Shown: positions 45,857 to 63,270, counted from the stretch's first letter. The stretch is DNA of 64,000 nt from the human T2T-CHM13v2.0 reference genome, Homo sapiens (GCF_009914755.1 NC_060929.1), one strand, 5' to 3'. The notes: generated by a model from the letters alone, not told the origin. Made by a program: numbers and translations.

Positions 45857-46501
45857 TGAATCTGGGATTACAAAACTGCTAAACCAAATTTCATCTAAGA
45901 ATTCACAACATTTATTGAGAGAAAAGGAGTTAATGGACTTTTTGAGACAGATTTTTAAAATAATTTTATTATATATAATAAGCAGAGCCACTGGAAGAAA
46001 AAAAATCTTGTCCAGAAACGGAGCATGAGATATATACTAAGTCCAGGTCTTATATCTAATTCATTAGGCAAGGCAATACTATCTGCAAATTCACAGGCCT
46101 AGTGTCTGATCTATCACTGACATCTGATTCTGGAAATCTGATAACGGTGATTTTGTAGAACAGCAAATGCCTCAATCTCATCTCTTTTCTGCCAAGAGTC
46201 TCACCTTCAAAACAGTTTACTTGTCCGCACATATGCACAGAAACATGCAAGAAGGGTAAAAGGGCTCATGGGAGGATGGAGAGAGAAAATTTTGAAAAGG
46301 GAATTCAGAGAAAGAACTATGTGGTTTTGAAAAAACAACAAATCTGTTCCTAAACACTTGCTAAACACCTTCAGGAAACTGAAAGGCAATACTTGCCTTT
46401 AGATATCTGCTTTGTGATTTTTAAAATACAATCAGAAAATGACTCCTCTATACATAATACATAGGACTTAGCATACTCTGAGCATCTGGAATGTTACCTA
46501 G

Positions 46502-46890
<389 letters not shown>

Positions 46891-47936
46891 TTTTAATTGT
46901 ATTTCTTTGTTTAGTTAAAATTTATCTTTAATAAATGCATATTCATGCCTTCCCAAAACACTAGTCATTCTACAGGTACACATAACATTACAATATATTA
47001 AGATTATCTAGCAAATCTAAAGTAAAAACACTTATCTGTGTACCTAAATCTGGCTGTAAATTAAGGATGACAACTATTACATCTACTTTGCACAGAATCT
47101 CAGAGCAATCAAGGACCATTTATCTGATTTGTTAACACTTGCTATATCACATCTACCAAAAAAACTCTTCTAAAATGACTGGGAACAATACAAGTATAAT
47201 TATTGTCTGACATGCAAATCTTTCAACTCAAAGTTTCCATAATGTCTCCTGCCCTCATAATTATAAACCAATATAATTGTAATTTATAATTATAAACCAA
47301 TTATATTGGTTTATAATAACAACTGAAGGATACTGAAAGATACAGCGAAGGAGTAAAGCTACACCACTCCATTTGTTCTTCTCTAAATATTTCTACTTGA
47401 TTCATTCAACTAATATATCTATTGAGGGCCAGTGAATGCACACTTTTCTAAGAATAATGGATACAGCAATAAGCAAAATAATATTCCTGTCCTCAATAGC
47501 ACTTAGATTCTAGTGGGGGCATGGAGGGGGAGGAGAAGTCTGGCAGACTATAGAGAAAAGGTGGTTTTAGGTCTAGTTTTCTGCCAATCTTTCTTCATAC
47601 AGCATGACTGAGGCCCTTACTTTTCAGACTAATTATAAAAATGTTAATATTTATTTAAAAATAAACATAGTCCTTTGCTTCAGTTTAAAAAAAATTAAGA
47701 TTTGAAAGTATAGGGTTCAACAAACCAGTTTTGGTAGTTCATGTGAAAAAGTGGTATGGGTTTCTCCAACTTAATACTCAATACAAAGTAACAGCAGGAC
47801 AAGAATAACCATTAGAAGAAGAGATATAGGATGTGTAACTTCCAAATAATTAGAAAGAAAGAAAAAAAATCAATCCAATAGAAGGGGGGGATGTGGGGGA
47901 GAGAAGAAGCAGCCAAGAAAAAGGATGCTTAAAAAG

Positions 47937-48215
47937 AGCCAGGTGCAGTGGCTCATGCCTGTAATCCCAACACTTTGGGAGGTCAAGGCCAAGAGGATCA
48001 CTTGAGTCCAGGAGTTTGAGAACACCTTGGGCAACACAGTGTGACCCTGTGTCTACGAAAAATTTAAAAATTACCCAGGTGTAGTGGTGTACGCCTGTAG
48101 TTTCAGCTACTCGGGAGGCTGAGACAGGAGGATCACTTGAGCCCAGGAGGTCGAGGCTGCAGTGAGCCATGTTCATGCCACTGTACTTTAGCCTGGGTTA
48201 CAAAGCAAGAGTCTG
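47937..48215 (+). mobile_element. AluJ-like
   Basis: Diverged dimeric Alu. Confidence 0.85.
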
Positions 48216-49194
48216 TCCTCCTCACCCCCCTAAAAAAGGTAGCAGAAAACAATTCAAATTTATCACACAAAACTCAGATTCTCAACTTGGATACAAAAGA
48301 TATCACTTAAACCATAATCATACACAGGTTGAAGTTAAAAGGACAGCAAAAGACAAACAGGAGAACTGAAACAACAAAAAAGAAAGCTGATGTAGAAACA
48401 CTAATATTAAACACAAGGCAAATCAGATCATTAAGGATAGAGAGAGGTATTATTTTTACTAATCATCCTTTTAAATTTAATTTTATGTAAAAAACGTACA
48501 AAGTTCAGAAGTTAAACCTACATTAGAAGTCTCACTCTCATCCTATAGGGGATGGGTGAGAATGGGGTAGATGGGATAGAAATGGGAGTAAGACTTCAGA
48601 AAGATGAAAAAGCAAAACTTCAAACTGAATAAAACAAACAATTGATCCTAATTGTATATCAAAAACAATTCAAATCACTTTTGAGCACAGTATTCTCAGT
48701 ATATATGCTTAGTGAGATGCATTCAAAGACAAATGAAAAACTGCAAAGAAATCCTGAAGTTTACATAGCAGGCGTGCTAGTGGTGTAATATTGGCTTATA
48801 ATACCAACTGAAGGATACTGAAAGATACAGCAAATGAGTAAAGCTACTGGTGGTAATGGAAGAAGGGTTTTCACCATGGGAGAAGGAAGATACAAATATA
48901 AAATGGGGGAAGATAAGGGAGGATTCTGTGATGCTAGTGAATTGAAGGTATCTGTATAAACTGATACTTTTCAAAAAATCAATTTCCTAGCTCTGTCCAC
49001 TGAAAGGACCTAGAAGCAATAAGACCTTAGTAGCAATGATCATGTCCTGCAACCCAATCTTGGTTTCTAAATACATCCTCCACTGAAAAGGACAGAGCTT
49101 CCTTGGAGAAATAGTTGAGCTCAAGGCTACAACAGGGAAAGTACAAAGGAAATATGGAATGTCTTATTATCTCAGAAAGCAAGAAAGTGGTTGG

Positions 49195-49409
49195 TTTTTT
49201 TATTATTTTATTATTTTTTTTGAGACAGTCTTGCTCTGTCTCCCAGGCTGGAGTGCAGTGGCACACCCAGCTGTTTTTTGTATTTTTAGTAGAGACAGGT
49301 GTTTCACCATATTGGCCAGGCTGGTCTCAAACTCCTGACCTCAAGTGATCCACTGGCCTCGGCCTCCCAAAGTGCTGGGATTACAGGCGGTGAGCCACTG
49401 TGCCTGGCT
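49195..49409 (-). mobile_element. AluS with internal deletion
   Basis: gagtgcagtggca joins directly to cacccagct. Confidence 0.85.
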
Positions 49410-49439
49410 AAGAAAGTGTTCTTTAAAAATGAAGTTACA

Positions 49440-49813
<374 letters not shown>

Positions 49814-50702
49814 CTATTAAGGTAACTGATTATAACATATTGAATAGCGAATTTTTAAAAAATTAACGAGTCCAGCTTTTTTGACACTCAAAAAAGCTTC
49901 AGTGAGGAAGAGGGAGAAAGCCGAAAAAGGAAGAGAGGAAAGCTCTTCTTTATAGAAATATGTGAGGAAATATATGTAAAGGAAACGATAAAATTAGAAA
50001 AATCACCATTTTGCAACTATCAACGTATGTGATAAGGAGAAAGATCATGAACAGATGATAAAATATTTAATAGAAGTTTGTTAGGGAATAATTTTTTATT
50101 CACATCACCAAACCCTACAGATTACTTATAAATTACAAAAGGAACAATAGATCTGGTGGTCATCACCTTAAGATATCAAACTTAGAGTCACCAGTAATGG
50201 GACAGTCTGAAAATATGTACCTCCTAACACAATGCAATAAGTGGTACACATAATTATTTTTGTAGGCTTCATAACAAAATTTAACTTAAATTTAATCATG
50301 AGGAAGCACCACATAAATCCAGAATATGGCTCATTCTATAAGACAATTGGCCTGAACTCTTCAAAAATGTCTATCTCATGAAAAACAATCAATCAAAAAA
50401 GTCAGGGATACTTTTTAGATTAAAAGAGACAAAAGTGGCATAACAAAATACAATGCAAGAAATGTGGTTGGATTCTGGATAAAAACACATAGCTATAAAA
50501 GATGTTTTGGGGACAAATGGAAAGATTTCAGTATTAATACTAATTTTCTTACATGTAAATGGTATGATAGTTATATGAAACATATCCCTATTCTTGGGAG
50601 ATATAGCTGAAGTATTTGGGATCAGCAAGAAAATTTTATGTATTTGTATATAGGCATATACACACCCTCCCACCCCATATACCCCAATAGAAAGACAAAG
50701 AG

Positions 50703-50960
50703 AGGCCAGGTGCGGTGGCTCATGCCTGTAATCCCAGCACTTTGGGAGGCCGAGGTGGGTGAATCACTTCAGGTCAGGAGTTTGAGAAAGCCTGCCCAAC
50801 ATGATGAAATCCTGTCTATACTAAAAATACAAAAATTAGCTGGGTGTCCCGTGGTCCCTGCTACTCAGGAGACTGAGGCATGAGACTTGCTTGAACCTGG
50901 AAGGCAGAGGTTACAGTGAGATCATCCCATTGCACTCCAGGCTGGGTGACAGAGTGAGAG
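50703..50960 (+). mobile_element. AluS
   Basis: Dimeric Alu whose tail runs into a purine repeat. Confidence 0.85.
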
Positions 50961-51230
50961 AAGGACAGGACAGGATGGGACGGGAAGGGAAGGGAAGGGA
51001 AGGAAGGGAAAGAGAGAAAGAGAGAGAGGAAGGAAGGAAGGAAGGAAGGAACGAAGGAGAGAGAGCAAGGAAGGAAGGGATGAATCAAGAAAGAAAGAGA
51101 GAAAGAAAGAGGAGAAGGGAGGGAAGGAAGGAAGGAAGGAGAAAAAGAAAGAAAGAGAAAGGGAGGGAGGGAAGGAAAGAAGGAAGGAAGGAAGGAGAGA
51201 GAGAGGGAAGGAAGGAAGGAAAAGAGGAAG
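50960..51230 (+). repeat. Complex (GGAA)/(GA)/(GAAA) polypurine microsatellite
   Basis: About 270 nt almost purely A/G. Confidence 0.95.
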
Positions 51231-51644
51231 TAAACATGGCAAAATGTTAACTACCATTGATTCTGTGATGAACATACATATAGAGAGAGATGTTCATCAT
51301 ACTATTCTCTCTCAAGAAGTTTAAATAGGTTTAATTTTTTTTTTAAATAGACACACATACACGCTGCCATGTCACTGTTTCATCATTAGAAGTCATCAGG
51401 TAGAGACAACTTTCCCTCCTAAAATTCACTGAACCAATTCAGCTGACTTTTGTGGAATACCTATAATATCCTAGACACTGAACTCGAAACTACTATACAA
51501 AGATGAAGAGAATATCTCCCTGCCCTTCAACCTTTCCTAGTCTAATAGGGAAATAGATATGCAAATAAACAAATACTATAATAAATTGCAAAAATGGAAG
51601 TATAAAAGGAAGAGGCAACACAGAGAAAGGTGTGGCTAACCCTA

Positions 51645-51858
51645 TGCCAAGCTGTCTAACAGAACTTTCTGCAACAGAAAAGTTCTGTATCTGTACTATC
51701 CAATACAGTAGCACCTAGCCACATGTGACTAATGAGCATTTGAAATATGCTAATGCAACTGAGGAACTGCTAATGCAATATTTAATTGTATTACATTTTA
51801 ATTAATTTATATTTAAATCACCACATGTGGCTGGGAGCTACCATATTGGACAGCACCA
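51645..51858. mobile_element. MER3-like hAT element
   Basis: agaactttctgcaa...tagccacatgtg...ccatattggacagcac. Confidence 0.75.
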
Positions 51859-51923
51859 CTCCACAGGACACGGAGGGGAAGGGCATAGGGGCATGGTCAG
51901 GAGGTTGGGAGGAAAAGACATTA

Positions 51924-52522
<599 letters not shown>

Positions 52523-55500
52523 ATAATGGGTTTTGAAGGATGACTAGTAGTTGACCAATTAGATAAGGTAGGAAATATTCTAGGCACAGGGGGAAGCACA
52601 TACAAAGCACAGAGAGATGTCCCAACATGGTATTTTTAAGAAATCAGTAAGTTTCATATGACATGTGCATAGGTAGTAGAGAGAAGAGGAATAGGGTAGG
52701 AGGAAAAGTGAAGATAATGAAGTTAAGAGAAAAGAAAGAGCCTAGATTAGAAAAGATCTTATGCGTCATGTTGAGGAGCTTAAATTGGATCCTGTAGGTA
52801 TTTTGGAACTACTGAAAGAAAGCAAGCATTAGATGATCAATTTCACATCTTAGAAAAAAAACGTCTTGGCAGAAGACAGGAGTGGGGAGTGCAAGTAGAA
52901 ATGGAAAGCCATTTTGATGTCCCTATTGCACTAGTTCAACCAAAGTTAAGAACCTGGACTAAGGGAGTAGGAAATAAATTAGCTATTTGGGAGGTGTATG
53001 GAAAAGGGAAACAGAAAGACACCCTGAAATCTGGCTTCAGATTCTGACAATAAGATAAGAAATAAGCAGGGAGGATCAGACTCAGAGAGAAGAGTGGGTG
53101 TAAGGAAGGAGGGGGACTGTGTTTCAATCTTAACAGCTTTGGATCACAAACTGCAAGTTAGGGTGAAAGCAGATTTGTGCAGCTCACAAAAGGAACAGGA
53201 GAGGCGTCTGAGCCTCAGAGGCCAGGAAAGGAAAGAGAAGACAGGCTATATTTGAATCTTCTGGAAGATGAAGCGAAACATGCCAATGTCTGAACTGAAT
53301 AACAACGTGGTCTGTGCTCTCTGCCTCTGTTGTCTGGTTATCAGGGCATAACTAATGAAATTTCAGTGGAACAGTACAGTCAGAGTCACATGTTTCCAGG
53401 CACCCTTGCTTTCTTCACCTTATTAGAAACAAAAGCACAAATATGATTTATGTTCTATTTTTACAGAGAGACGGAAAAAAATTAAGCTACTTCACATTTC
53501 TCACATCATGCATAAATAAATTATGGCAAAAATCTATTCCTACAATTAAAGAAGCCTTACCTTGTTTTTGAAAGAAACAAATGTTGCAAGTCTAGGACTA
53601 TGCTGGGGACTTTGTACATATTATCACTCCTTACAACTACCCTTTGAAGTGGATAATATCCTTATTTTACAAGTGAGGAAACTGAGGCTTAAAAAGATAC
53701 AGTAACTGCCCAAGGTCATGTAGCTAGTAAGTGCAGAACAGAGATTCAACAACAAGCTCAAATCCCAGTGGACTGACTGACCACATGCTGCTCACAGAAG
53801 AGGAGGAAACAAAATGCGAAATAATGAGGCCTCTGTTCCCATCTTTCTCAGAGCTCACACGGCTACGTGCTGTCACTAGCATTCTTATTACAATGGCCTG
53901 AGGCTTCTTGATTGTGCCTTTTATACTAAGCTCTCCAATCTGAAATGCCTTCCCCTCTCCTCTGCCTATCCAAGTTCTACTGGTCCTTCAAATCCGACTC
54001 CAGTTCTCCATCACCTAAGAGGCCTTCCAAATTCCCTGCATCATGCTCTCTCTCTCTCCTGTCTTTTATTGCCTTAAGTCATTCAACTATCCATCCACCC
54101 CTGAAGCATGAGCTGACTATGGGTAAAGTACTCAGCACTGAAGTACAAAAGAAATAAGAACATTGTGTTTGTGTAGAGACAGAAGACATCCAAAACTGTT
54201 GTTCATTTCATATCATGGAGAACTTGGTGGTGTTTTAGACCTATACTCAATCAGTTGTTGTTTTATGTACACAAGTGTTAATGTGAATGGCTGGTTGCTT
54301 CAGTATCTTTTATACACTTCATCCTACAAAAATTGGCTGAATTCCTACAAGGCACAGTATAAGGTGCTATAGGGGATACAAATAGATACAAGTGCCAATC
54401 TCTGCCCTTCACCTGAAGAAATAAAACAAATATGCATATAAGATAAGGCAGAACGTATGATAAGCATACGATAAAACATATGACAAACCTACATAAATGT
54501 TACACATTGTGGCAAGTGCTAGAAGTATATTCAAAAAGCAAAACTACATGGTATGTTTACAAGGAAGGATTCAGGTTTTCCTTTTATCAAAGTGGAGCCT
54601 AAAGCATCAGTAGGATCCTAAAAGGCCAAAATAGAAGACAAGTACCAGAAAAGAAAGAGTCATGCTTAAGAAATGTGCCAGATGATCATTTTCTAACAAA
54701 TTAAAAAGTCAGTTCTATAAAAAGTAAACATTAGTTCATCCTAGTGAGTTGAGTATGTAAAAAATATTTTGATTAGTAATAAAATTGTGAAAATGAATTT
54801 AAAATGAATATTTAGATTGGCTATTCTGAGCTTTCAATTCTTGGCAGCCAGCTGGCAAAGAAAAATGGCAGAGGTAGTTGGCAAGATTACAGGCTACTGA
54901 GATATTTATAGCTACTAGAGTCTCAAAAAAACCAAAGTGATCCTAAAGCTTTGTTTAGTACTTATATTAAATGTATAAAGTTTTCTGATTATTTAATATT
55001 AAATAGCATGCTCTTTTACTGCACTTTTCAGGGAAAAAGATACAATTTAAGTGCAAAAGAGAAGCATAATTATTGATTTCAGTTTTACAAAAATTAAATA
55101 AAAAGCAAGCATAGGTATTGCCAAAAATTTCTTCTAATACAGTACTGGTGGATATAAGACTATTCTCATCAAAAATAAACTTTGTAGGCTCACATTTTCC
55201 ATATTTATACTTAAAAGTACATGGCTTATTGTGCTGTACAAATAAGAAATTTTGTGATAATATTTGTATCTGGTTACAACATTTCATGACACTCAAGTAT
55301 TTATTTCAAGACTGCATATGTTAAAACACTAAAACATTATATAAATTAATCTGATTACACAGAATAAAACTTAACCATCAAACCACAGCTAAGAGGATTC
55401 ATTCTCCACAAACTATTTGGATTTTCTATTTTGGGGAGCTACATTGATGATTAATAAAGGAATTTTTGTGTATGTGAAGAAGAAAATGAAGTTCTCTAGT

Positions 55501-56297
55501 GAGGCCAACTAAACTTCTTAAGGATATGACCTCCCACAAATAATAACTATAAAATCTGGACAACATTTAAAAAAAATTGTTTTAACTAGAAGCAGCCCAG
55601 GTGGCCATAGATACAAAAATAGCTAAGCAAACTGATATATTCAAACAATAGAATATTATTGATCAATAAAAAAGAATGAACTAATACATGCCACAACATG
55701 GTTGAATCTCAAAACCGTTACGCTGAGCAAATAAAGTCTTGCACAGAAAATATGTATGATTTCTTTCATATGAAACTCTAGAGGAAATGAATCTAATCTA
55801 TCAAAACAGTGGTTACCTCTGGTGAGTGTTGTAGGCAACAGACTGTGAAGGGGTTTAAGGAACTTCCTGGACATCTGATGGTAGCTGGGATTACAGGCAC
55901 CCTCCACCATGCCTGGCTAGGATGGTAATTTTCAATATCTTGATAGAATTTTAGGTTATACAGGTGTATGTATTTGTCAAAACTCCATGAAAGTACAGTT
56001 AAGATTTATGCATTTTTTGTAAGCAAATTTTACCCCCAAAAAAGTAAATACTAAACTCTAGTTAATGATATGCATGCTAAGTATTTAGGGAGGATGTATA
56101 TTGATGGCTGCAAGTTGACTTGAAATGCATCAAATGTACTATACTGCTTGATCTCCATAACAACCCTACAAGGTAAATACTAGTATTACCCACATTTTAC
56201 AGATAGGGAAACCAAGGCATAGATGCACTAGGAAATTTGCTCAAGGTCCCATAGGTAGTAAGTGTCAGAGCCAGAAATTAGAATCCACAGAGTCTGG

Positions 56298-57339
56298 AAC
56301 CATCAAAAATAAATAAGTGAGACCTAATTAAACTAAAAGCCTTCTGTACAGCAAAAGAAATAATCATCAGGGTAAACAGACAACCCACAGAATTGGAGAA
56401 AATATTTGCAAACTGTGCATCCAACAAAGGACTAATACCCAGAATCTACAAGAAACTCAAACAAATCGGCAAGAAAAAAACAAATTATCCCACCAAAAAG
56501 TGGGCAAATGACATGAATAGACATTTCTCAAAGTATACAAATGGCCAACAAACATATGAAAAAATGCTCAACATCACTAATTTTCAGGGAAATGCAAATT
56601 GAAACCACAATGAGATACCACCTTACTCTTGCAAGAATGGCCATTATTAGAAAGTCAAAAAACAACAGATGTTGGCATGGACGTGGTGAAAAGGGAATGC
56701 TCATACACTGCTAGTGGAAATGTAAATTAATACAACCTATATGGAAAACAGTATGGAGATTTCTTAAAGAACTAAAAGTAGAGTTACCATTCGATCCAGG
56801 AATCCCATTACTGGGTACCCACCCAAAGAAAAAAAAATCATTATATCCAAAAGACACCTGCACACATGTGTTTATTGCAGGACAATTCACAAGTGCAAAG
56901 ATGTAGAACCAACTAAGGGCTCATCGGCCAATGAGTGGATAAAGAAGATGTGGTATATATGTATATACTATGGAATACTACTCAGCCACAAAAAAGAACA
57001 AGATAATGTCTTTTGCAGCAAGTTGGATGGAGCTGGAGATCATAACTCTAAGTGAAATAACTCAGGAATGGAAAACCAAATGTTGTGTATTCTCACTTAT
57101 AAGTAGGAGCTAAGCTATTGGTACACAAAGGCATACAGAGTAGTATAATGTACTTTGGAGACTCAGAAGTGGGAGGATGGGAGGGAGATGAGAGATAAAA
57201 AACTACATGTTGGGTACAATGTACACTACTCGGGTGATAGTTTCACTAAAATCTCAGACTTCACCACTATACAATTCATCCGTGTAACCAAAAACCACAT
57301 GTACCCCCAAAGCTACTGAAATACATATATATTTTTAAA
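56298..57339 (+). mobile_element. L1PB-type 3' fragment inserted into a MIR
   Basis: ORF2 C-terminus (EKIFAN..SNKGLI) and L1PB-type 3'UTR; TSD agagtctgg at 56289-56297 and 57340-57348; MIR sequence on both sides. Confidence 0.85.
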
Positions 57340-57404
57340 AGAGTCTGGGTTCAGAACCCCTGCTCTTAACCACTTCTCTATTATAGTTCCAGTAGTTGAC
57401 TGGT

Positions 57405-57542
57405 TTGTTTGGTTTTTGTTTTTGCTTTTTAGTAGAGACAGGATTTCATCACATTGGCCAGGAACTGCGAACCTCAAGTGATCCATCCGCCTCAGCCTTC
57501 CAAAGTGCTGGGATTATAGGCGTGAGCCACTGCACCCAGCCA
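57405..57542 (-). mobile_element. Alu left monomer (FLAM-like)
   Basis: Reverse left arm only. Confidence 0.75.
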
Positions 57543-58169
57543 ACTTGTTATTGATATAAGATATGGTACTCTTCTCAAGTTTGTGGATAACATGAAAATG
57601 GGAGTAAGAGCAAATTCATTACTTTACAGATTACTTATCAAAAAAGCTTTAAAAGACAAATAAATAGAAGATTATAACAAGATAGAATTTGATAGGGGCA
57701 AAACTTAAGAGCCTGCATTTGAGTATAAGCAACCAATTGTTCCTCCAGTGGCAGTGCTAGTGCATAGCAGGTATTTGGTAAAAACCTGTCAAATATATAT
57801 ACGATTGAGTTATATGATAGAATCTATGAAAAAAGAGGGATGTAATATACCAAAAGCAAAATATGAACTTAACAAATAATGCTAGAATATGCTGATATAT
57901 AGTTATGCTATCTAGAAAGTAGGTTAAATGAGAGTCTTACAAGACTGTTGGTCTAGTTAGACTAATGCCAGGTATACTGTCTTATCTTCTGGGAACTATA
58001 TCTAACAGACAGAGGTAAACTGGAACAAGTTTCAAGTGAAGGTACAGGACTTAAAGCTGTACTACCTGAAGTTTAACAGAAGAAATTTCAAACATTGAAT
58101 GTGGAGAAAAGAAAAGTGAACATGGTAGCAAATTTTAAAATGTAAGGTACTGTCATGAAAAAGAAGAAT

Positions 58170-58839
<670 letters not shown>

Positions 58840-59359
58840 TTACCCTTAACTAAAACCAACCGACAGAAGCTACAGGAGTTATAGGAAAACAAATTCAGTG
58901 TCAATATAAGGAAGACCTTTCTAACAGATATAACCTAACCACAAAAGAAAAGGTAGGGGAGGAGAGTGCTATCTCAGAAAGGTGTGACTACCCTAAATAT
59001 GATAATAATGAGTTTATGAAATATTGGATCAAGTTAACTTAAAGATCTCTTTCAAACCTAAGAACCTACTATAAAATAAAAGGTGATAAGGCCGTTATAA
59101 CAAGTTTCGAATGGGTTAAAATAGTAATGCCAGTAACCAAAACAGACTTGAGATGATAAAATTTAAATGAAAGGAAAAATAAGAAAATAGAAGTTATTTG
59201 TCAAGTCTGTAAATGGGGAGAGCTTTAAGTCTAAAAGCACTGGAATAAAATTCAAAGGAAAAGAAAAATTGGACTACATAAATTTTTAAAACTTTTACAT
59301 ATGAAAAACATTAAAAGGCAAATAAGACACACGGATTTTTGTTCTATATCTTTAATATA

Positions 59360-59872
59360 GGGCTCTGCTGTCTGATATAGCAGCCATAAGCCATATGTGG
59401 CTATTTAAATTAAATTTTTTTTTTTTTTTTTTTTGAGACAGAGTCTCACTCTGTCGCCCAGGCTGGAGTGCAGTGGCGCCATCTTGGCTTTCTACAAGCT
59501 CCGCCTCCAGGGTTCACACCATTCTCCTGCCTCAGCCTCCTGAGTAGCTGGGACTACAGGCGCCTGCCACCATGCCCGGCTAATTCCTTTGAATTTTTAG
59601 TAGAGACAGGGTTTCACTGTGTTAGCCAGGATGGTCTCGATCTCCTGACCTCGTGATCCGCCCGCGTCGGCGTCCCAAAGTGCTGGGATTACAGGCGTGG
59701 GCCACTGCGCCCGGCCTAAATTAATTTTAAATTGATTTAGACATTAAAAATTTAGTTCCTCAATTGCTCTCTAGCCACATTTCAAGTGCTCAACAGCCAC
59801 TGTGGCTAGTGGCAACTGAGTTGGACAGTACAGATATAGAACATTTCGATCACTGTAGAAAGTTCTACTGGA
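59360..59872. mobile_element. MER3-like element interrupted by reverse AluY (59415-59716)
   Basis: agccatatgtggcta ... tagccacatttcaagtgctca ... agaaagttctactgga; Alu TSD taaattaa. Confidence 0.8.
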
Positions 59873-60364
59873 ACTTCAAAATTTAAAACAGAATAATTTA
59901 ATTCAGGGAATTTATTACATAAGGTGGCAGAAGAGCTGAGAGGCCAAACAGGGTTGTACAGCAATCCAGAAATTCACAACAGGAAGCCACTACCATCCCT
60001 AAGACTGAAGGACAAAGTACAAAGTCCAATACCGAAGGTCCCCTGGCAAAGACCAAAACAACAGTATGTGTCTCGGGTGGAAGTAGGAAGACAAGGATGA
60101 GAAGCAGCCCCTGCTGAATATACACCATGATGTTAAAAAATAAAATTAAATTAAAAAGCAGAAAGAAATACCTAGACTTCTCTCTTCCTTCTACCCTTCA
60201 AATCTCCTGCCAGTACCTCCATGGCTGAACCCATACAAAAGCCAGATGGTAAAAGAGACTGGGAAATGCAGCCTATAGGGTTCAGACCCGTGTTAAAAAG
60301 GACAGAGCCAAGAAAGAGGAAGAAAGAAGTCTGGGGTCAAACAAGCTAAGAACTGGTAGGGGTA

Positions 60365-60560
60365 CTCCTCCTGCTGTGTCCTCACATGGCAAGAGGGACA
60401 GGGGAGCTCTCCAGAGTCTCTTTCATAAAGGTACTAATCCTCGCCTCATAACCTAATCACCTTCCAAAGGTTCCACCTCCAAATACCATCACATTGGAGA
60501 TTGGGTGTAAAATTCACATTAGTATATGAATTTTAAGGGGATAGAAACATTCAGTCTATA
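60365..60560. mobile_element. MaLR LTR fragment (MST/MLT1-like)
   Basis: ctgtgtcctcacatggc...cctaatcacct.ccaaagg..ccacctccaaataccatcacattgg. Confidence 0.7.
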
Positions 60561-61131
60561 GAAGGTATAAATAGAAAATTTAGGAAAAAACAAATAAAAA
60601 TGGCCAACATTTGAAAAATATCCAACCTCACCAGTATTTAAATATAAATTAGAACAATATGAAAACAAAATTAAATTAGCAATAATTAATCATTTGCATA
60701 CTTAGTGCTGATCAAGGGTGTAGCCAAAACAGATACATTCCTAGGGAGAGAATTTTCAAAATATTTTCAAAGAAGATGGGACAGTTTTGTAATTTGCATC
60801 AACAATTTTAAAAATAATTTGCACTTCTAGATCTACTAAGTGCATTTCCAGGGATAAATCCAAAGTCCAGAAAATCTAAAGCATGAAAAATATTTTAGAA
60901 ACAACAGATGTTCATTGCAGCTTTATATGATAATATTGAAAAAAAATGGAAGCAACCTCCATGTCCACCAGTAGGTCAATAGGTAAGTAAACTAAGGTAT
61001 GTCTATCTCCCTATTCAAAAATAACCCTTGCTGAGTACTTCTTTGCTAGCCACAATGATAGGTGCTGGAAATATAAAAAAGAATAAGCAGTAGTAATAGA
61101 GATTAATTTGTAACCATTTAAATAATGCTTA

Positions 61132-61929
<798 letters not shown>

Positions 61930-62068
61930 TTAAGTTTATTTTTTCTTCCTTCTTTATATTTTTCTGAACTTTCAAAATTTTCTAAATAATTAAGATTTGC
62001 ATTTTCCTTCAGAGCTATTAATCTAAATGTTTAAGAATTGCAAACCTGCCACAATAGTGCTAGTTTAC

Positions 62069-62168
62069 CTGTTGCAATAGTAAACTGCATTATTGGGATC
62101 CAATTCTATTGCCTGTGTGTAACAATCCACTGCAGCAGCATAATTTTCTTCTTTCATGTGGTTATTGC
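62069..62168 (-). CDS. SGTB: SGTB exon, first TPR ([33 protein letters not shown])
   Basis: ttttag| acceptor, AG|gtaaac donor; 100 nt. Upstream exons lie beyond the window end. Confidence 0.96.
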
Positions 62169-62856
62169 CTAAAATAAAGTAACCAGTATGTACAGTAAGT
62201 ATAATATACATTAAAAACATACACTCTTATAGACACATTTTAATCGTGGAAACTATAATTATATGAAAGTCGGCCTCATGATTTTTCAGTCACACTGGAA
62301 AAAATTTTACATTGTACTATAGAGTTGATATTATTTAGCTTTCAGTGTGTTTGAATCATTTTAACAATGCAAAGTCTTTTAAAAAATTAATGTTTATATA
62401 CCTTATAAAATCCAGACTTAAAAGAGTAAATGCAACAATTATGACTATCTCATGGCAAAAGTGAATCTCTTCTCACCTTCCTTATCTTCATCTCTCTCCT
62501 CCCTTTTAGAGCTGCCCCAGCCCGTTCCAGATGCAACACCCTCCCTAATCACCATCTCAATCTGGACCTGGTCTTCCACTCTTTCCCTGTTAAAACACAC
62601 ATCTGCTGATAATCAAGTTCTCAGAACACTGCTGAGGATAAGCTGATAAAACTAATCATGCTATCATGATAGTGGCAGATAATATTTTTATGTGCTATCC
62701 CTTCCAGAGTTAGACTCTTTTTAAAAGGGGATTTAAAGAGATTAATTTCTAGAAAGAGAATTTCAGATACCATGGCTAGCCTGCAAAGTACTGATTTTCA
62801 GGAAGGGCATCTGCAGATACATCTGGCAGTAATTTAGCTAAGTTAATAAAATGTCA

Positions 62857-63270
<414 letters not shown>

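Noticed and set aside
50891-51275. R/E/G/K-rich and S/F/L/P-rich ORFs
   Set aside because: Products of the purine microsatellite.
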